Part shown: positions 1-11,481 of the stretch, piece by piece
How positions within the stretch are numbered: the first letter of the stretch is position 1
Layout: each line of letters opens with the position of its first letter
Origin: Nitrospiraceae bacterium
GTDB taxonomy: Bacteria; Nitrospirota; Nitrospiria; Nitrospirales; Nitrospiraceae
NCBI GenBank assembly: GCA_050246315.1
Contig: JBFWWG010000003.1
Location: forward strand, 64,001-128,000
Length of the DNA stretch: 64,000 nucleotides
Direction of reading: 5' to 3'
Position numbers and translations under genes: made by a program
The notes under the pieces: model-generated
Seen by the model: only the letters and a program-made list of their open reading frames with translations
Database searches by the model: none
What the model was told of the DNA's origin: nothing

Positions 1-1
1 G

Positions 2-265
2 ACCTTCGCCTATCCCTACGGCCATTACAATCGGGCGACAGTGGATCTTGTCCGCACGCATTTCAGCGTCGCCTGCTCTACGACGTTGGGCAAGGCGGCC
101 GACTCGGATGATCCCACGCTGCTTCCGAGGATCGACATGTATTACCTGTCTTCTCATCGACTCATGGCATCGCTCCCGTCAATTAGGATGGATGCGTACT
201 TGGCGCTGCGTGGGATCTTGCGAACCGTCAAACACACCCTGACCGATTACGCAGGTGCACGATGA
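2..265 (+). CDS. Polysaccharide deacetylase (NodB-like), C-terminal part, truncated by window edge
   Basis: Frame 2 reads TFAYPYGHYNRATVDLVR...LPRIDM. FAYPYG and LPR are typical CE4 motifs. The stop overlaps the next ATG (ATGA). Confidence 0.75.
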   Translation, partial: TFAYPYGHYNRATVDLVRTHFSVACSTTLGKAADSDDPTLLPRIDMYYLSSHRLMASLPSIRMDAYLALRGILRTVKHTLTDYAGAR

Positions 266-1281
266 CTCTCCAACGCAATGCATTCTGCTGCCCTCTTTGC
301 AAGGGGAGCCTTGGCGACGATCAGGCCTCGTATTATTGTGCGGCCTGTGAGAGACGATTTCCGGTGGTCCTGGGCATTCCCGACTTCCGAGTGTTCCCTG
401 ATCCCTACATCGATTATGACGATGACAGAGAAAAGGCCAAGTACCTCGTCGAGCATCACGACAAGCTGGATTTCATGGGGCTCGTGAGGCTGTATTGGCA
501 GATCACGCCGGAGGTGTCAGAGGATCGGGCGGAACGGTTCATCAGACGAACTGCCGCGCTCGTCGATAAGGGAAACGAATGCCTCAGCTTGATCGAGTCG
601 CTGACGGGCAACGAACGGCTGTCGGGGTTCAAGAAGGTCTTGGAGATCGGATGCGGCACGGGCGGTTTTCTCGTTGCTGCAAAGCGTAAATACGAAGACG
701 TGATCGGAGCGGACATCGCCTTTCGTTGGCTGGTTGTGGCTCGGAAACGGCTTCAGGAACTGAATGCCAATGTCCCCCTGGTGTGCTGTTGCGCGGAATT
801 TCTGCCGTTTCCCGACCAGCGGTTTGACATCATCCTGGCCGAAGACGTGCTCGAGCACGTGAGGAGTCAAGAAGAGACGCTTGCCGAATGTCGTCGGCTG
901 TTGACTGGGCGAGGCGTCCTATTTCTCGCCACGCCCAACCGCTTTAGTGTCACGCCGGAGCCGCACGTGCACGTGTGGGGAGTTGGGTTCATCCCTCGGA
1001 AATGGATGAATCGCTATGTGAGATTCGTGAAAGGGATTAATTACGAGCACATTCGAGTCCTCTCCTTTATGGAACTCAAGCGCATCTTGAACAGGTGCGG
1101 GCTCGACAATCATCGCATTTTGCTGCCCTCCATTTCCTCTCACGAGGCTCAATATTTCTCTCCAGTGCAACGAATGCAACTGGCGCTCTACAATGTCGTA
1201 CGGCGGATTCCCGTCGTTCGCTGGGTGCTCTACCTCTTTGGACCGTTTTTCAATGTCGTCGTCTTTGCCGACAAGAAATAG
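262..1281 (+). CDS. Class I SAM-dependent methyltransferase with N-terminal Trm112-like Zn-ribbon
   Basis: CPLC...CAAC at the N-terminus; VLEIGCGTG motif I; LPF.D..FD and VLEHV motifs. Confidence 0.85.
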   Translation: MTLQRNAFCCPLCKGSLGDDQASYYCAACERRFPVVLGIPDFRVFPDPYIDYDDDREKAKYLVEHHDKLDFMGLVRLYWQITPEVSEDRAERFIRRTAALVDKGNECLSLIESLTGNERLSGFKKVLEIGCGTGGFLVAAKRKYEDVIGADIAFRWLVVARKRLQELNANVPLVCCCAEFLPFPDQRFDIILAEDVLEHVRSQEETLAECRRLLTGRGVLFLATPNRFSVTPEPHVHVWGVGFIPRKWMNRYVRFVKGINYEHIRVLSFMELKRILNRCGLDNHRILLPSISSHEAQYFSPVQRMQLALYNVVRRIPVVRWVLYLFGPFFNVVVFADKK

Positions 1282-1303
1282 ATCGACAACCGCGCACCCT
1301 ATC

Positions 1304-2311
1304 GTGAGTCGCAGCCGATTCGTATCCGTCATTGTCCCCGTCTTTAATGGCGGTCGATTCCTCCCGCGCTGCCTGACCGCAATTCGTCAATCCTCGTGTT
1401 CATCCTACGAACTGATCGTCGTGGATAACGGTTCGACCGATGATTCAGTCGCCATCGCTCAGACACACGCGGACGTTGTTCTCCACTGCCCGGGCCCCAG
1501 CGGACCCGGGGCGGCGCGCAATGTCGGAGCGCGACACGCGGCCGGCGACATTCTCTTCTTCGTGGACGCGGACGTCGTCATCCACCCCGACGCGGTCGCT
1601 CGCGTGGCGGGTCGCTTTGCCGAGCAGCAGGGTCTTGCGGCGCTATTCGGTTCGTACGATGATAATCCCGATGCACAGAACTTCCTTTCTCAGTACAAGA
1701 ACTTGCTTCATCATTTTGTTCATCAGCACGCCAACAGCAACGCAACCACCTTTTGGGCGGGGTGCGGAGCCGTTCGCAACACCATTTTCCACGAAGCCGG
1801 AGGCTTCGATCAGGCCAAGTATCCGCATCCGTCGATTGAAGACATCGAATTGGGATTCCGCCTGCACCGCCTCGGGTACCGGATTGTGTTGGACAAGCAT
1901 CTCCAAGGTCAACACTTGAAGGAATGGCGGTTGGGCTCGCTCCTTCGGGCCGATATCCTCTATCGAGCCATTCCCTGGTCACAGCTCATTGTGGAACAGC
2001 AGGGACTCTTAAACGATCTCAATCTGAAGATCACTCAGAGAGTCAGCGCCGGGACGGCAGGGATCAGCGGGACATTGCTCGCGCTGTCGTTCTGGCAGCC
2101 CTCCCTGATGTACGGCGTGTTGCCCTTCTTGGCGTTGTTCCTGTTTCTCAACCGTGACCTCTTTGCCTTTTTCTTCCGGCGACGAAGCGTTTGGTTTGCC
2201 GCACGGGCGATTCCCTTGCACATGCTGTACCTGCTATATAGTAGTGCTACGTTCGTCCTGGTGTGGTGCCTGCACCCGGCAGTCACCAAGCGGGTGCGGG
2301 GTCGTAAGTGA
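1304..2311 (+). CDS. Glycosyltransferase family 2 with C-terminal TM helices
   Basis: VSVIVPVFN, IVVDNGSTD, FVDAD (DxD), EDIELG. Start placed at GTG 1304, after the upstream stop. Confidence 0.9.
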   Translation: MSRSRFVSVIVPVFNGGRFLPRCLTAIRQSSCSSYELIVVDNGSTDDSVAIAQTHADVVLHCPGPSGPGAARNVGARHAAGDILFFVDADVVIHPDAVARVAGRFAEQQGLAALFGSYDDNPDAQNFLSQYKNLLHHFVHQHANSNATTFWAGCGAVRNTIFHEAGGFDQAKYPHPSIEDIELGFRLHRLGYRIVLDKHLQGQHLKEWRLGSLLRADILYRAIPWSQLIVEQQGLLNDLNLKITQRVSAGTAGISGTLLALSFWQPSLMYGVLPFLALFLFLNRDLFAFFFRRRSVWFAARAIPLHMLYLLYSSATFVLVWCLHPAVTKRVRGRK

Positions 2312-2312
2312 G

Positions 2313-2531
2313 ATGGCGATGGCGGAGCAGCGACTAACCGATGAGATTCCCTCCGATCAAGCCGCTCTGGCCAAGCCCTCTCTGAGGCTCAATGGGCAGG
2401 CGGAATGGCTGGTGCTAACTCTCTGCGCAACTTCGTTCGGGGCCTACCTGTATCTCAGCAAAGCCGCCGCTACCTACGCACACCTCTACCTCACGATGTG
2501 GCAAAAACTACAGACCCTCATCGGCGGCTGA
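2313..2531 (+). CDS. Small hypothetical membrane protein
   Basis: ATG lies 1 nt after the GT2 stop; one hydrophobic segment. Confidence 0.45.
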   Translation: MAMAEQRLTDEIPSDQAALAKPSLRLNGQAEWLVLTLCATSFGAYLYLSKAAATYAHLYLTMWQKLQTLIGG

Positions 2532-2586
2532 CTCACTCCTTCTGCTTGAGGACGTCCGGACCAAGACACACCGAGTCTTATCAGGA

Positions 2587-4602
2587 TTGATGCCGTCCCT
2601 CATCAACATGATCTGCGTCCTGGCGACCCTCGGCCTGACCGGTCACCTGAGTCGTCGCGTCGGGGAACGCCTCCTTTCTCAGACGGGCAGAGGACTCGCT
2701 TGCGATCCGTGGATCGTCTATGGCGTCCTCTATGTATCCATTCTGTTATCCGCCGTGCAATTCATTGGAGCTGTGGCTCTGGCGACAGGCACGGCCATCG
2801 TTGACGTCAGAACCTTGACCGGGATCCTCTTCGTCGTCTGGTACATCGATAGGATGTTCGGCAGGACGATTGCGGTCGAGCGCGGATCTTCCTCCTCGTT
2901 TCTGGGTCAGGTACATCGGCATGGTCATGCCCTGCTTCCGACGAGACCATCGGCGAGAGGGACTGCGGCACTTGCCGCTGGGATCTTCGGGTTGTTCATA
3001 CTCGAGGCGGTGACCAGGCCGCCTGCCGGGTGGGATGGCCTGGTCTATCACCTTCCGCTTGCAGCCAAGTGGTTTCAAACAGGATCCCTAGCCTTTTTCT
3101 CCGAGTCATGGAAATTCCAAATGCCGTCGAACGGCAACCTCATTCCCTATGTGTTGATGTACCTCGGAAATGATCGGTTCCTCTCGTTGTCCTTCGTGCC
3201 ATTCCTGTTGCTCGGCATGCTCGCTGTCTACGGCTTCACTCGTCGTCTTGAGGTTTCTCATGATTGGTCCTTGCTCGCTGCGCTGGGATTCGGCACAACC
3301 CCGATCGCTCTCTACAATGCGTTCCATGCCTATGTCGACATGTTTCTCACATCATTCTTCTTATGCGCTCTCTATCTGTTCTTCTGGTGGTTCCAAGACC
3401 ATCAACAGAATCCACGAAGAGGGAGGCCCTTCATCACCCTGGCTGCGCTGTCCTTCGGGATAGCGCTCGGCACCAAATATATTTACGCTCCGCTGGTACT
3501 CTTCATGGTGCTGCTCTGCTGTGCCATTTCCCTTGTGTCCGAATCCAGACCGGGCATCACCCTGCTCGGCATACAACACATGATCCGAAACGGAACCAGG
3601 TTCATCGTCTGGGCGCTAGTCCCGTCATGCTTCTGGTACCTGCGCAACTTCCTTGAAACCGGCAATCCGATGCACCCCCTACGCTTCTCGGTCGGCTTAC
3701 AAGGAATCAGTGTGTCGATCAGTGCCATGCCAGAGCGGATACACTTCTTCGGACCGGAAATCCAGCATGACCAATCATGTGTCGGCTCCGGTGAACGTGA
3801 TGTGAACACCTGGCTCATGGCCCCGTGGAAGGACTGCTGGAGCGCAGCCGATCACTTTTCTGCAAATTGGGGGCTTGGTCCCGTATTCAGCACCTTCGTT
3901 CCTGTCATAACCGTCGTGGTTGTGCTTACCACGGTTGTCGCAACCCTCCAAAGACGATCGTTCCGAGACAGGTCAGTCCGTTCCGTAGCAGTCGTGTGGG
4001 TGACGCTACTCATATTTCTGGCCTATTGGTGGTTTTTTGTCTTCACCCTCTTGCGGACACTCCTGCCTGCGCTGGGGCTGCTCTTCGCGATCACGGCATA
4101 TGGACTGGCCTCGTTGTCCCAACGAGGGCAACGCACCGCATCCGCGTTATTTCTGTGCACCATGCTGGTTCATGGCTGTTTAGTGGCCGCCAAACCGCTT
4201 CAGGATCTGAGTAGTCGAGTGCACCACCGCGGTTGGTCCCGAAGCGACTACTATGAAATACCGCCGATGGTGGACAATCTGCCTCAGGGCAGTGTGATCC
4301 TGAACGCCTCTCATGAACTCAAGAACTACCCGCTGTACGGGCGACACCTTCAGAATCGAGTGGTGACCGATCGCGCTTTGCTGGAGCCGACTCTCGTGTC
4401 GCTCATTACCGACGCGTTCATCCGTAAATGGTCGATTGATTACATCTACTATGACACGAGTCAGCGTTGGACTATCAGCAGCGACGTGAAGTGCGAGGTC
4501 ATTTACGAGCGAGACCTAGACACTCCAGACAAGCAACACAAAGAACGGTTATGTCGAATCGATCGCAACCGACCCGCCCATGTCTCTCAAGAAACAGGGT
4601 AA
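2587..4602 (+). CDS. Polytopic membrane protein, GT-C/ArnT-like glycosyltransferase
   Basis: More than 10 hydrophobic segments; WDGLVYHL, ALGTKY and WYLRN..TGNP motifs; glycan cluster context. Confidence 0.7.
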   Translation: MMPSLINMICVLATLGLTGHLSRRVGERLLSQTGRGLACDPWIVYGVLYVSILLSAVQFIGAVALATGTAIVDVRTLTGILFVVWYIDRMFGRTIAVERGSSSSFLGQVHRHGHALLPTRPSARGTAALAAGIFGLFILEAVTRPPAGWDGLVYHLPLAAKWFQTGSLAFFSESWKFQMPSNGNLIPYVLMYLGNDRFLSLSFVPFLLLGMLAVYGFTRRLEVSHDWSLLAALGFGTTPIALYNAFHAYVDMFLTSFFLCALYLFFWWFQDHQQNPRRGRPFITLAALSFGIALGTKYIYAPLVLFMVLLCCAISLVSESRPGITLLGIQHMIRNGTRFIVWALVPSCFWYLRNFLETGNPMHPLRFSVGLQGISVSISAMPERIHFFGPEIQHDQSCVGSGERDVNTWLMAPWKDCWSAADHFSANWGLGPVFSTFVPVITVVVVLTTVVATLQRRSFRDRSVRSVAVVWVTLLIFLAYWWFFVFTLLRTLLPALGLLFAITAYGLASLSQRGQRTASALFLCTMLVHGCLVAAKPLQDLSSRVHHRGWSRSDYYEIPPMVDNLPQGSVILNASHELKNYPLYGRHLQNRVVTDRALLEPTLVSLITDAFIRKWSIDYIYYDTSQRWTISSDVKCEVIYERDLDTPDKQHKERLCRIDRNRPAHVSQETG

Positions 4603-5664
4603 AACCTCTTGCGCCCACGGGAAGGTCGTCGAGACGACTGGGTCTCACAAGAACCTCGCGCCCATCGAGGTGGTCTTGACGCCGGTAGACTGGAAGAAGC
4701 GGGGCCGGTCGCCGAATGCGATTGAGGACATGGGCAATCTCAGCGTCACGTCCTGGGATGAGCCACACACCAACCACACGCATGGCTCGCCGACCGATCC
4801 CGACCCGGTGCCGGCAAACAAAGAGACTAGATCCGCCGTGGCGGTCTGAGCTGTGCCCTTAGCCCATTGCGGCAGGAGGGCACCGGGCACCCCGATTCGC
4901 CGCTACGACGATACAAGTCGATGGCCACATTCTTCCCCGCCGCGAGATGATCGAACGCTGTGGCTCAAGCCAAGCTTGGTGTGGCAGGCGAGAGCGCCGC
5001 TCCGTCTCTCAACATGGTGCTTCAGGCGCGCATAGTTTCTTCGCCGCGGTGGTTGCCCGTCTCGTCTGGCGACTGCCGAGTACCCGCGGCGCTTTCACTG
5101 TAACGGGTGGAACACGACGAACCGTCATGAATCATGCGAGCTAGGGGATCCAGAGCGAGCCGTTCCGAGGGTAGGCATCGGAGTCGAAGACGGGCCTTCA
5201 TCGATACGTGCTGTACGGAGCACAGGAGCCGGATTCACATGGCCGACCACGCTGTAGAGTATCGTACCAAGCCTTTCCTGACGACCCTCCTGAACCCGCA
5301 TGATTCACGATGACTTCTCCTGTAACCGTCGTGCGACCCGTTGCAGTTGAAGAGCAACGAGTGCCAAGGCTGCGACAAGGTTGGCCGCGACTGAAGGGAG
5401 CCACTTGGGCTCGCTCGCCGCTCATCCTCTTGACATGCTGTTTCACGTATGCATCGAGTTCTCGCAGCTCCGCACTGGGGTATACCCATCGCACGGACTG
5501 GGGACTATGACCGTTCTCAGCAGGCGTGCAGGCAAATCGAGAAGTGATGGGGGAGACGAAATGCTCGCACAGCCTCCGCCGGTTTCGCCGACGAGGGCTG
5601 CTACGGGTCAGAGATGAGGATACCGTGAACGGTGCATCCCGCACATCGTGTGGCATGCACTGTT

Positions 5665-5715
5665 TCGCCGCCTCACTCGCTGCGGCCTCGCTTGACGTCC
5701 TTTTTGACTATCCTG
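5665..5715. repeat. Right-end fragment of a MITE-like repeat (same family as 47047-47269 and 62733-62797)
   Basis: ctcgctgcggcctcgcttgacgtcctttttgactatcctg resembles ctcgctgcggccttgctggacggtcgttttgagcattctg near 47230. Confidence 0.6.
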
Positions 5716-5796
5716 CACGGGGCTTTTGAGATCGTCCGTAATCGCTCGGTGTGCCGACTTTCACAGGTACTCGGAAGGTTTTTTTGATAGCCTACG

Positions 5797-5952
5797 AGAA
5801 GTCATCTCCAAACCGCACGACCGTGCTTCGACGCGCTCAGCACGAACGGAGGAATATCCTGTTTTCATGAAGAGATCCGTTCGCCCTGAGCCGGTCGAAG
5901 TTTGCGATGAGTGCATCGAACCGGGTGAACGGAGAGTTTTGAAATGACTTCT
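5797..5952. repeat. REP-containing MITE-like element with imperfect TIRs
   Basis: Ends agaagtcatctccaaac / gttttgaaatgacttct; internal inverted pair cttcgacgcgctcagcacgaacgg ... ccgttcgccctgagccggtcgaag. Confidence 0.65.
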
Positions 5953-5977
5953 AGAACAATCCGGAAGTGGGGGAAAA

Positions 5978-6053
5978 TGGTGCCGAGGGACAGAATTGAA
6001 CTGTCGACACCAGCCTTTTCAGGGCTGTGCTCTACCAACTGAGCTACCTCGGC
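5978..6053 (-). tRNA. tRNA-Phe(GAA)
   Basis: Reverse complement GCCGAGGTAGCTCAGTTGGTAGAGC...CAGCC-CTGAAAA-GGCTG...GTTCAATTC...CTCGGCACCA; 76 nt with encoded CCA. Confidence 0.97.
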
Positions 6054-6306
6054 ATTCCGGCAGGCTCGAAAGAAGTCTTAGAAACCTTGCTCATGTACCA
6101 GGATCATCGGTCAAATGCAAGTTGCAGTTTTGTCACCGCTTCTCATGCACCTTGCATGGGACTCCGTGGGATGACAGCAGCTCCCGTCCGGTCCGGTTAC
6201 ATGGCTGGCAGTGCGGTATAGCCATAATGAAACAGTGGATCTCTCCGCGGGCCTCCCTGAAGAGCGGCTACGCCTCAAAAATCTGCGGTACAGGCCAAAC
6301 AAAATA

Positions 6307-6399
6307 TGGCGGAGAGGGCGGGATTTGAACCCGCGACAAGGCTTTTGGCCCTGTGACGGTTTAGCAAACCGTTGCCTTCGGCCACTCGGCCACCTCTCC
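6307..6399 (-). tRNA. tRNA-Ser(GCT)
   Basis: GGAGAGGTGGCCGAGTGG...ACGGT-TTGCTAA-ACCGT, long variable arm, GTTCAAATC, CCA end. Confidence 0.97.
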
Positions 6400-6912
6400 A
6401 CGTCGGCCTTTCACGTGTGTGATTCGTGAATCCTTTTCAGAGATCAAGTCGGAAGCCGCCTATATTACCGCAGAGGTTCGAGGCCCTACAAGGGTTGTTC
6501 CAATGAACGCCCTGATAGTCGAGGAGCGAATCGATGCTACCGGTGCCGGGAAAAGCTAGACGGAGCTCTTACCGATCCGGTTCTTTCCGAAACGACACTC
6601 TCGAAGGTGGCGAATGAAATCCATCACCGGAAGGGTGTAGGCCAATGTGAGTAGAGACGAGATCCTGCGCGGAGACGGCACGGAGGTTGACTTGTCTGAA
6701 TGCGCGTCTTTTTCCACTGGTAACCGCATCGCACTGGAACGCGGCGCATATCGGACCTCGACATGGGCCGGCCGGAGCACCCCGCTCACCGCCATCATCT
6801 GCAAGGCCCGTAGCTTCATTTTAGACTGTTCACGATTTCGACTGATTGGCATTGCGGGCCTCATCACACGCATCGGTCGGAATAAGCGATTCCCACCCGC
6901 CTGACGGTCGGC

Positions 6913-7146
6913 TCAGATCCACAGGATACGTTGGAGATCCTCAGTCAGATCTCGTGGTCGTTGGCAATGACTGCACCGTACATAAACAGCGCTCGTTGCG
7001 CTGCTCGACCCGCTACGAATCACCAACTGATACCGATGCCATCCGCAATGCGGGCAGGGCGTGCCGTCCAACTCGCGACGGATCGCCCCGATTCGTCCCG
7101 GATGTTTTTGCGTGCTCTGTGACCGCCGACCTACAGGTTTCTCCAC
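6913..7146 (-). CDS. Small Zn-ribbon hypothetical protein
   Basis: CPHC...CSHC; GTG start preceded by an AAGGAGG RBS. Confidence 0.6.
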   Translation of the reverse strand: MEKPVGRRSQSTQKHPGRIGAIRRELDGTPCPHCGWHRYQLVIRSGSSSATSAVYVRCSHCQRPRDLTEDLQRILWI

Positions 7147-7383
7147 GGCAGCCTCCTTTGTGATCGTCGCCGGGATCGGATCGAAGGCTCGCGCATTGCG
7201 TAAGTCCAATACCCGGTTAGGATAGGGAGACGGACGCGAGTGTGCTATTCCGAAGAGGTAGGTAGTGTTATACCGAGGCAGGATTTCTCCTTCTTACCGA
7301 CGCGGTGAGAAGCGGAAAGGAAAGGCGGAAGGAGGAAGCCCGCGCCACACGGCGGCGGGAGACCATCTGCCGGCAGGTCCTGT

Positions 7384-7731
7384 CTAGTCTGCAACGGAAG
7401 CGGCGTAGTGTCGGCTGGCAAGACCATGAATGAGCTGACTCAGCCTGGTTCGCTCGGCCGGCTGCATGGCGAGGAATTCGACTCCGAAGGTTTGCCCTTT
7501 GACCCAACGAATCTTTACCCGATCGACGTTGATCGGCGCCGGTCGATTCGGCACCACCAGACGGAGAGCGAGCGGACTGCCGGCCTGTACCGTGACGTCG
7601 CCATCAATCCGGCACCCTCCCAGCGACATGTCGAAAATGGTGCCTCGCCCCAGGAAGGCGTCTCCCATGAAATGAACCATATACTTGGTCTGAAAACGGC
7701 TGTAATGCCGCGGAGCAAATATGGTGCTCAT
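7384..7731 (-). CDS. PilZ domain protein (c-di-GMP receptor)
   Basis: RxxxR (RHYSR) and DxSxGG (DMSLGG) motifs; IRW..G..FGVEF. Confidence 0.85.
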   Translation of the reverse strand: MSTIFAPRHYSRFQTKYMVHFMGDAFLGRGTIFDMSLGGCRIDGDVTVQAGSPLALRLVVPNRPAPINVDRVKIRWVKGQTFGVEFLAMQPAERTRLSQLIHGLASRHYAASVAD

Positions 7732-8357
7732 GGGTCCCCTCCTGTCAGCGCAGTCAGGCGCAGGATTCTACCGTGCATTCTCATCTCTTCTGGACAACGC
7801 ATCCTACCGGTTCGGCCTTGCAGAGTGCTATGCATCATTCGGCCACAGGGTTGTACTTCCGAGGGGGAGAGCGTATTCAGGCGCCTCGATGAACCTGGAT
7901 ACTGTGGGTAGTGTGGGACAGGATACCTGGTTACGCTGAGGAGTAGGGGCGGAGACGGAAAGGTGCCCCGACTCTGGTTATCAAGACCTCACCTACCTGA
8001 TTCATGACGTTTCATGAGGAAAACCGCTAAGACGCCGAGCGAGACGGCCACGCGGAGCCACGGGGAAGGAAGACGGACTTGAAACAGTAGGTCGTCCGGC
8101 CGAACATCGAGCGCCCGCTCGGATGCGGGGACCCGGCAGCCAAGATTGGCACACCGGCGCATCGGCGATAGCAGCAGAAGCGGTCATGGATACTGTGGGC
8201 TCAGCCGGCGGCTACGGCTACAGGCCCGCCGGGGCCGGTGTCACAGCAGGCCCCCAGATTCGGCGGACGCTTACCAGTATTCAGCGAGCGGTATCGGGCC
8301 AGCACAAGAGCGGGGAGAAGCTTGATCCTGGTTGTTGTGGCGCCCCACCGATCCAAA

Positions 8358-9389
8358 CTAATTCTGCTCGAAGAAATACTTAAAACTGATGTTTGGATAA
8401 ATGGCTCCGATGTCGTCTTGTCCAGCGACAGTGAACATCACTCCGATGGCGCCGACCAGTTTGGCCCCCGATTCATAACGTGAAAAAGTGTATTCAAGGC
8501 TCGGCTGAACGCCGACGAGCCAGAAGGAGGCCGGGGTCGTGTTGACGGGATGACCGTCTAATCTGCTGGCCAGTTGTTGCAGAGTCGTCACCTCAATGAG
8601 ATAGCCGAATCCGGTACGCTCATTGAGGACGTGTTCAAGCGCCAGGTGCGTGCTGATCAGATCCCCTCCGTAGACGGTCATGCCTGGTTCCGACCCCAAC
8701 CCCGGAAAATTGTACGAGTAGAACACATTGCCGGTGATCCGGAACGGTCTCAGGTTTTTCCGAAAGAGGATGCCTTCCGTCAAGGCAACGGCGTCGAAGC
8801 GGCTAGAGGGCACACGTGACAGCGGCGTGAATCCGCCGGGAATTTCTGGAGTACCGAACCAGTGGTTGGTCGGGAGGGAGAGCTTGCTATAGAAGGCAAC
8901 CGAAGGCCTCCAAGAATCCGGATCTTGCACGATAGGGCGGTACTTGAGAATCAGATTGGTGGTGCCGATCCCCGAACCTGACGTTCGTCCGTCAGGCTCC
9001 GGCGTATCGGAATGCCAGTAGAGGGCAGAGACTCCGGCGCCTACCAGCACATGGCGTGTGAGTCCGTAGTACCAAATGACGGATGGCATGACGGCATCCG
9101 GGCTGAACGGCGCAGCCACAGTCTTTAACGTCGCACTGGTCTGAAACTCGCCGGTCCCAATCATTCCTTGAACATAGGCCCGCACGTACCACTGGCCTTG
9201 CCGGGCAACATCCGCACTCGCGGTAAAGGTCGTGCCGTGAGTCGGCGGATTCCAGCCTTGACGGTACTTGGCCATTTCTTGGTCTGTCGGCACCCAGTCG
9301 AGCGCAGACACTCGCGTCCAATGGGCAAGGATGAGCAGCGCCACCAGTGTTGACCTGACGAACGCAGACCACCGGAGCTCCAGGGACAT
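8358..9389 (-). CDS. Exported, probable outer-membrane beta-barrel protein
   Basis: Signal-peptide-like N-terminus, amphipathic strands, aromatic C-terminal strand ISFKYFF. Start uncertain (ORF extends to 9503). Confidence 0.6.
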   Translation of the reverse strand: MSLELRWSAFVRSTLVALLILAHWTRVSALDWVPTDQEMAKYRQGWNPPTHGTTFTASADVARQGQWYVRAYVQGMIGTGEFQTSATLKTVAAPFSPDAVMPSVIWYYGLTRHVLVGAGVSALYWHSDTPEPDGRTSGSGIGTTNLILKYRPIVQDPDSWRPSVAFYSKLSLPTNHWFGTPEIPGGFTPLSRVPSSRFDAVALTEGILFRKNLRPFRITGNVFYSYNFPGLGSEPGMTVYGGDLISTHLALEHVLNERTGFGYLIEVTTLQQLASRLDGHPVNTTPASFWLVGVQPSLEYTFSRYESGAKLVGAIGVMFTVAGQDDIGAIYPNISFKYFFEQN

Positions 9390-9676
9390 CTTCTCCCAAA
9401 ACGAGTAGGGATCTGCCCCTGGATTAGGAGCTTGTCCGTCAACCAACCCACCGCAACGGAGAATTTCTGGCCTCTGACGTAACTCCTGAAGCTCAGCGGA
9501 CATGGGACACGGTCGGTATCCGACTACGGGGACGTAACCCCCGAGAAGGATCTGAGGCAGGCATCCGAACGGTCAGATCAGTGGACTCACGAGAAGCCGG
9601 TCACCGCACATATTTTACAGCGGAAGCGCCAGCCGGTTTCCATCAGGCACTTACCGCCGCTCATCTCATCGAGAGA

Positions 9677-9766
9677 TGGCGGAGGGGGCGAGATTTGAAC
9701 TCGCGGACAGGTGACCCCGTCTCCGGTTTTCAAGACCGGCCCGTTCGGCCACTCCGGCACCCCTCC
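9677..9766 (-). tRNA. tRNA-Ser(TGA)
   Basis: GGAGGGGTGCCGGAGTGG...CCGGT-CTTGAAA-ACCGG, long variable arm, GTTCAAATC, CCA end. Confidence 0.97.
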
Positions 9767-9836
9767 ATACCAAGCTACGCTTGCTCCGCGCGCTCTTCAG
9801 CGGTTTATCGAATCTGACGCGCGCGGAGAAAATTTC

Positions 9837-9974
9837 CCGCAAGCTGCGGAAACACTCGCTTTTTGTGCTTCGACAGACTCAGCACGATCGGAAGACACCA
9901 ATATTTTCCATGAGTGCTCCGTTCGTCCTGAGGCTCTCGAAGGATGAACGGAACGTTGTTCCACACCCTGCTAG
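9837..9974. repeat. REP-containing MITE-like element; inverted homologue at 42040-42177
   Basis: Core ctcagcacgatcggaa.acacca...ctccgttcgtcctgagg..ctcgaaggatgaacgg is shared with the reverse complement of 42040-42177. Confidence 0.75.
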
Positions 9975-10045
9975 CGCTTCCTCTATTCTTGTACCAACCT
10001 TCGGTTGAATCGTCAGCGCGATGACACCCTATCGAATGGCATCCG

Positions 10046-11383
<1,338 letters not shown>

Positions 11384-11481
11384 TCAAACCAGGCCCCGCG
11401 CCGCCCCGCTGGTTCCTGATCGGACACGTTCCCTCTCACGCAACCTTGACAGACCAACGGATCGAGGAACACCATAGGCCG

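Noticed and set aside
5198..5656. Faint resemblance to a group II intron maturase tail (YPSAELRELDAYVK) or an integrase remnant
   Set aside because: No RT or integrase catalytic motifs and no recognisable domain V; the similarity is too weak.
6556..6873. ORF downstream of the Zn-ribbon gene
   Set aside because: No motif or clear RBS, so it cannot be supported as a gene.
7896..8199. 13-bp direct repeat tggatactgtggg at 7896 and 8187
   Set aside because: A single short pair, plausible by chance in 64 kb, enclosing nothing recognisable.
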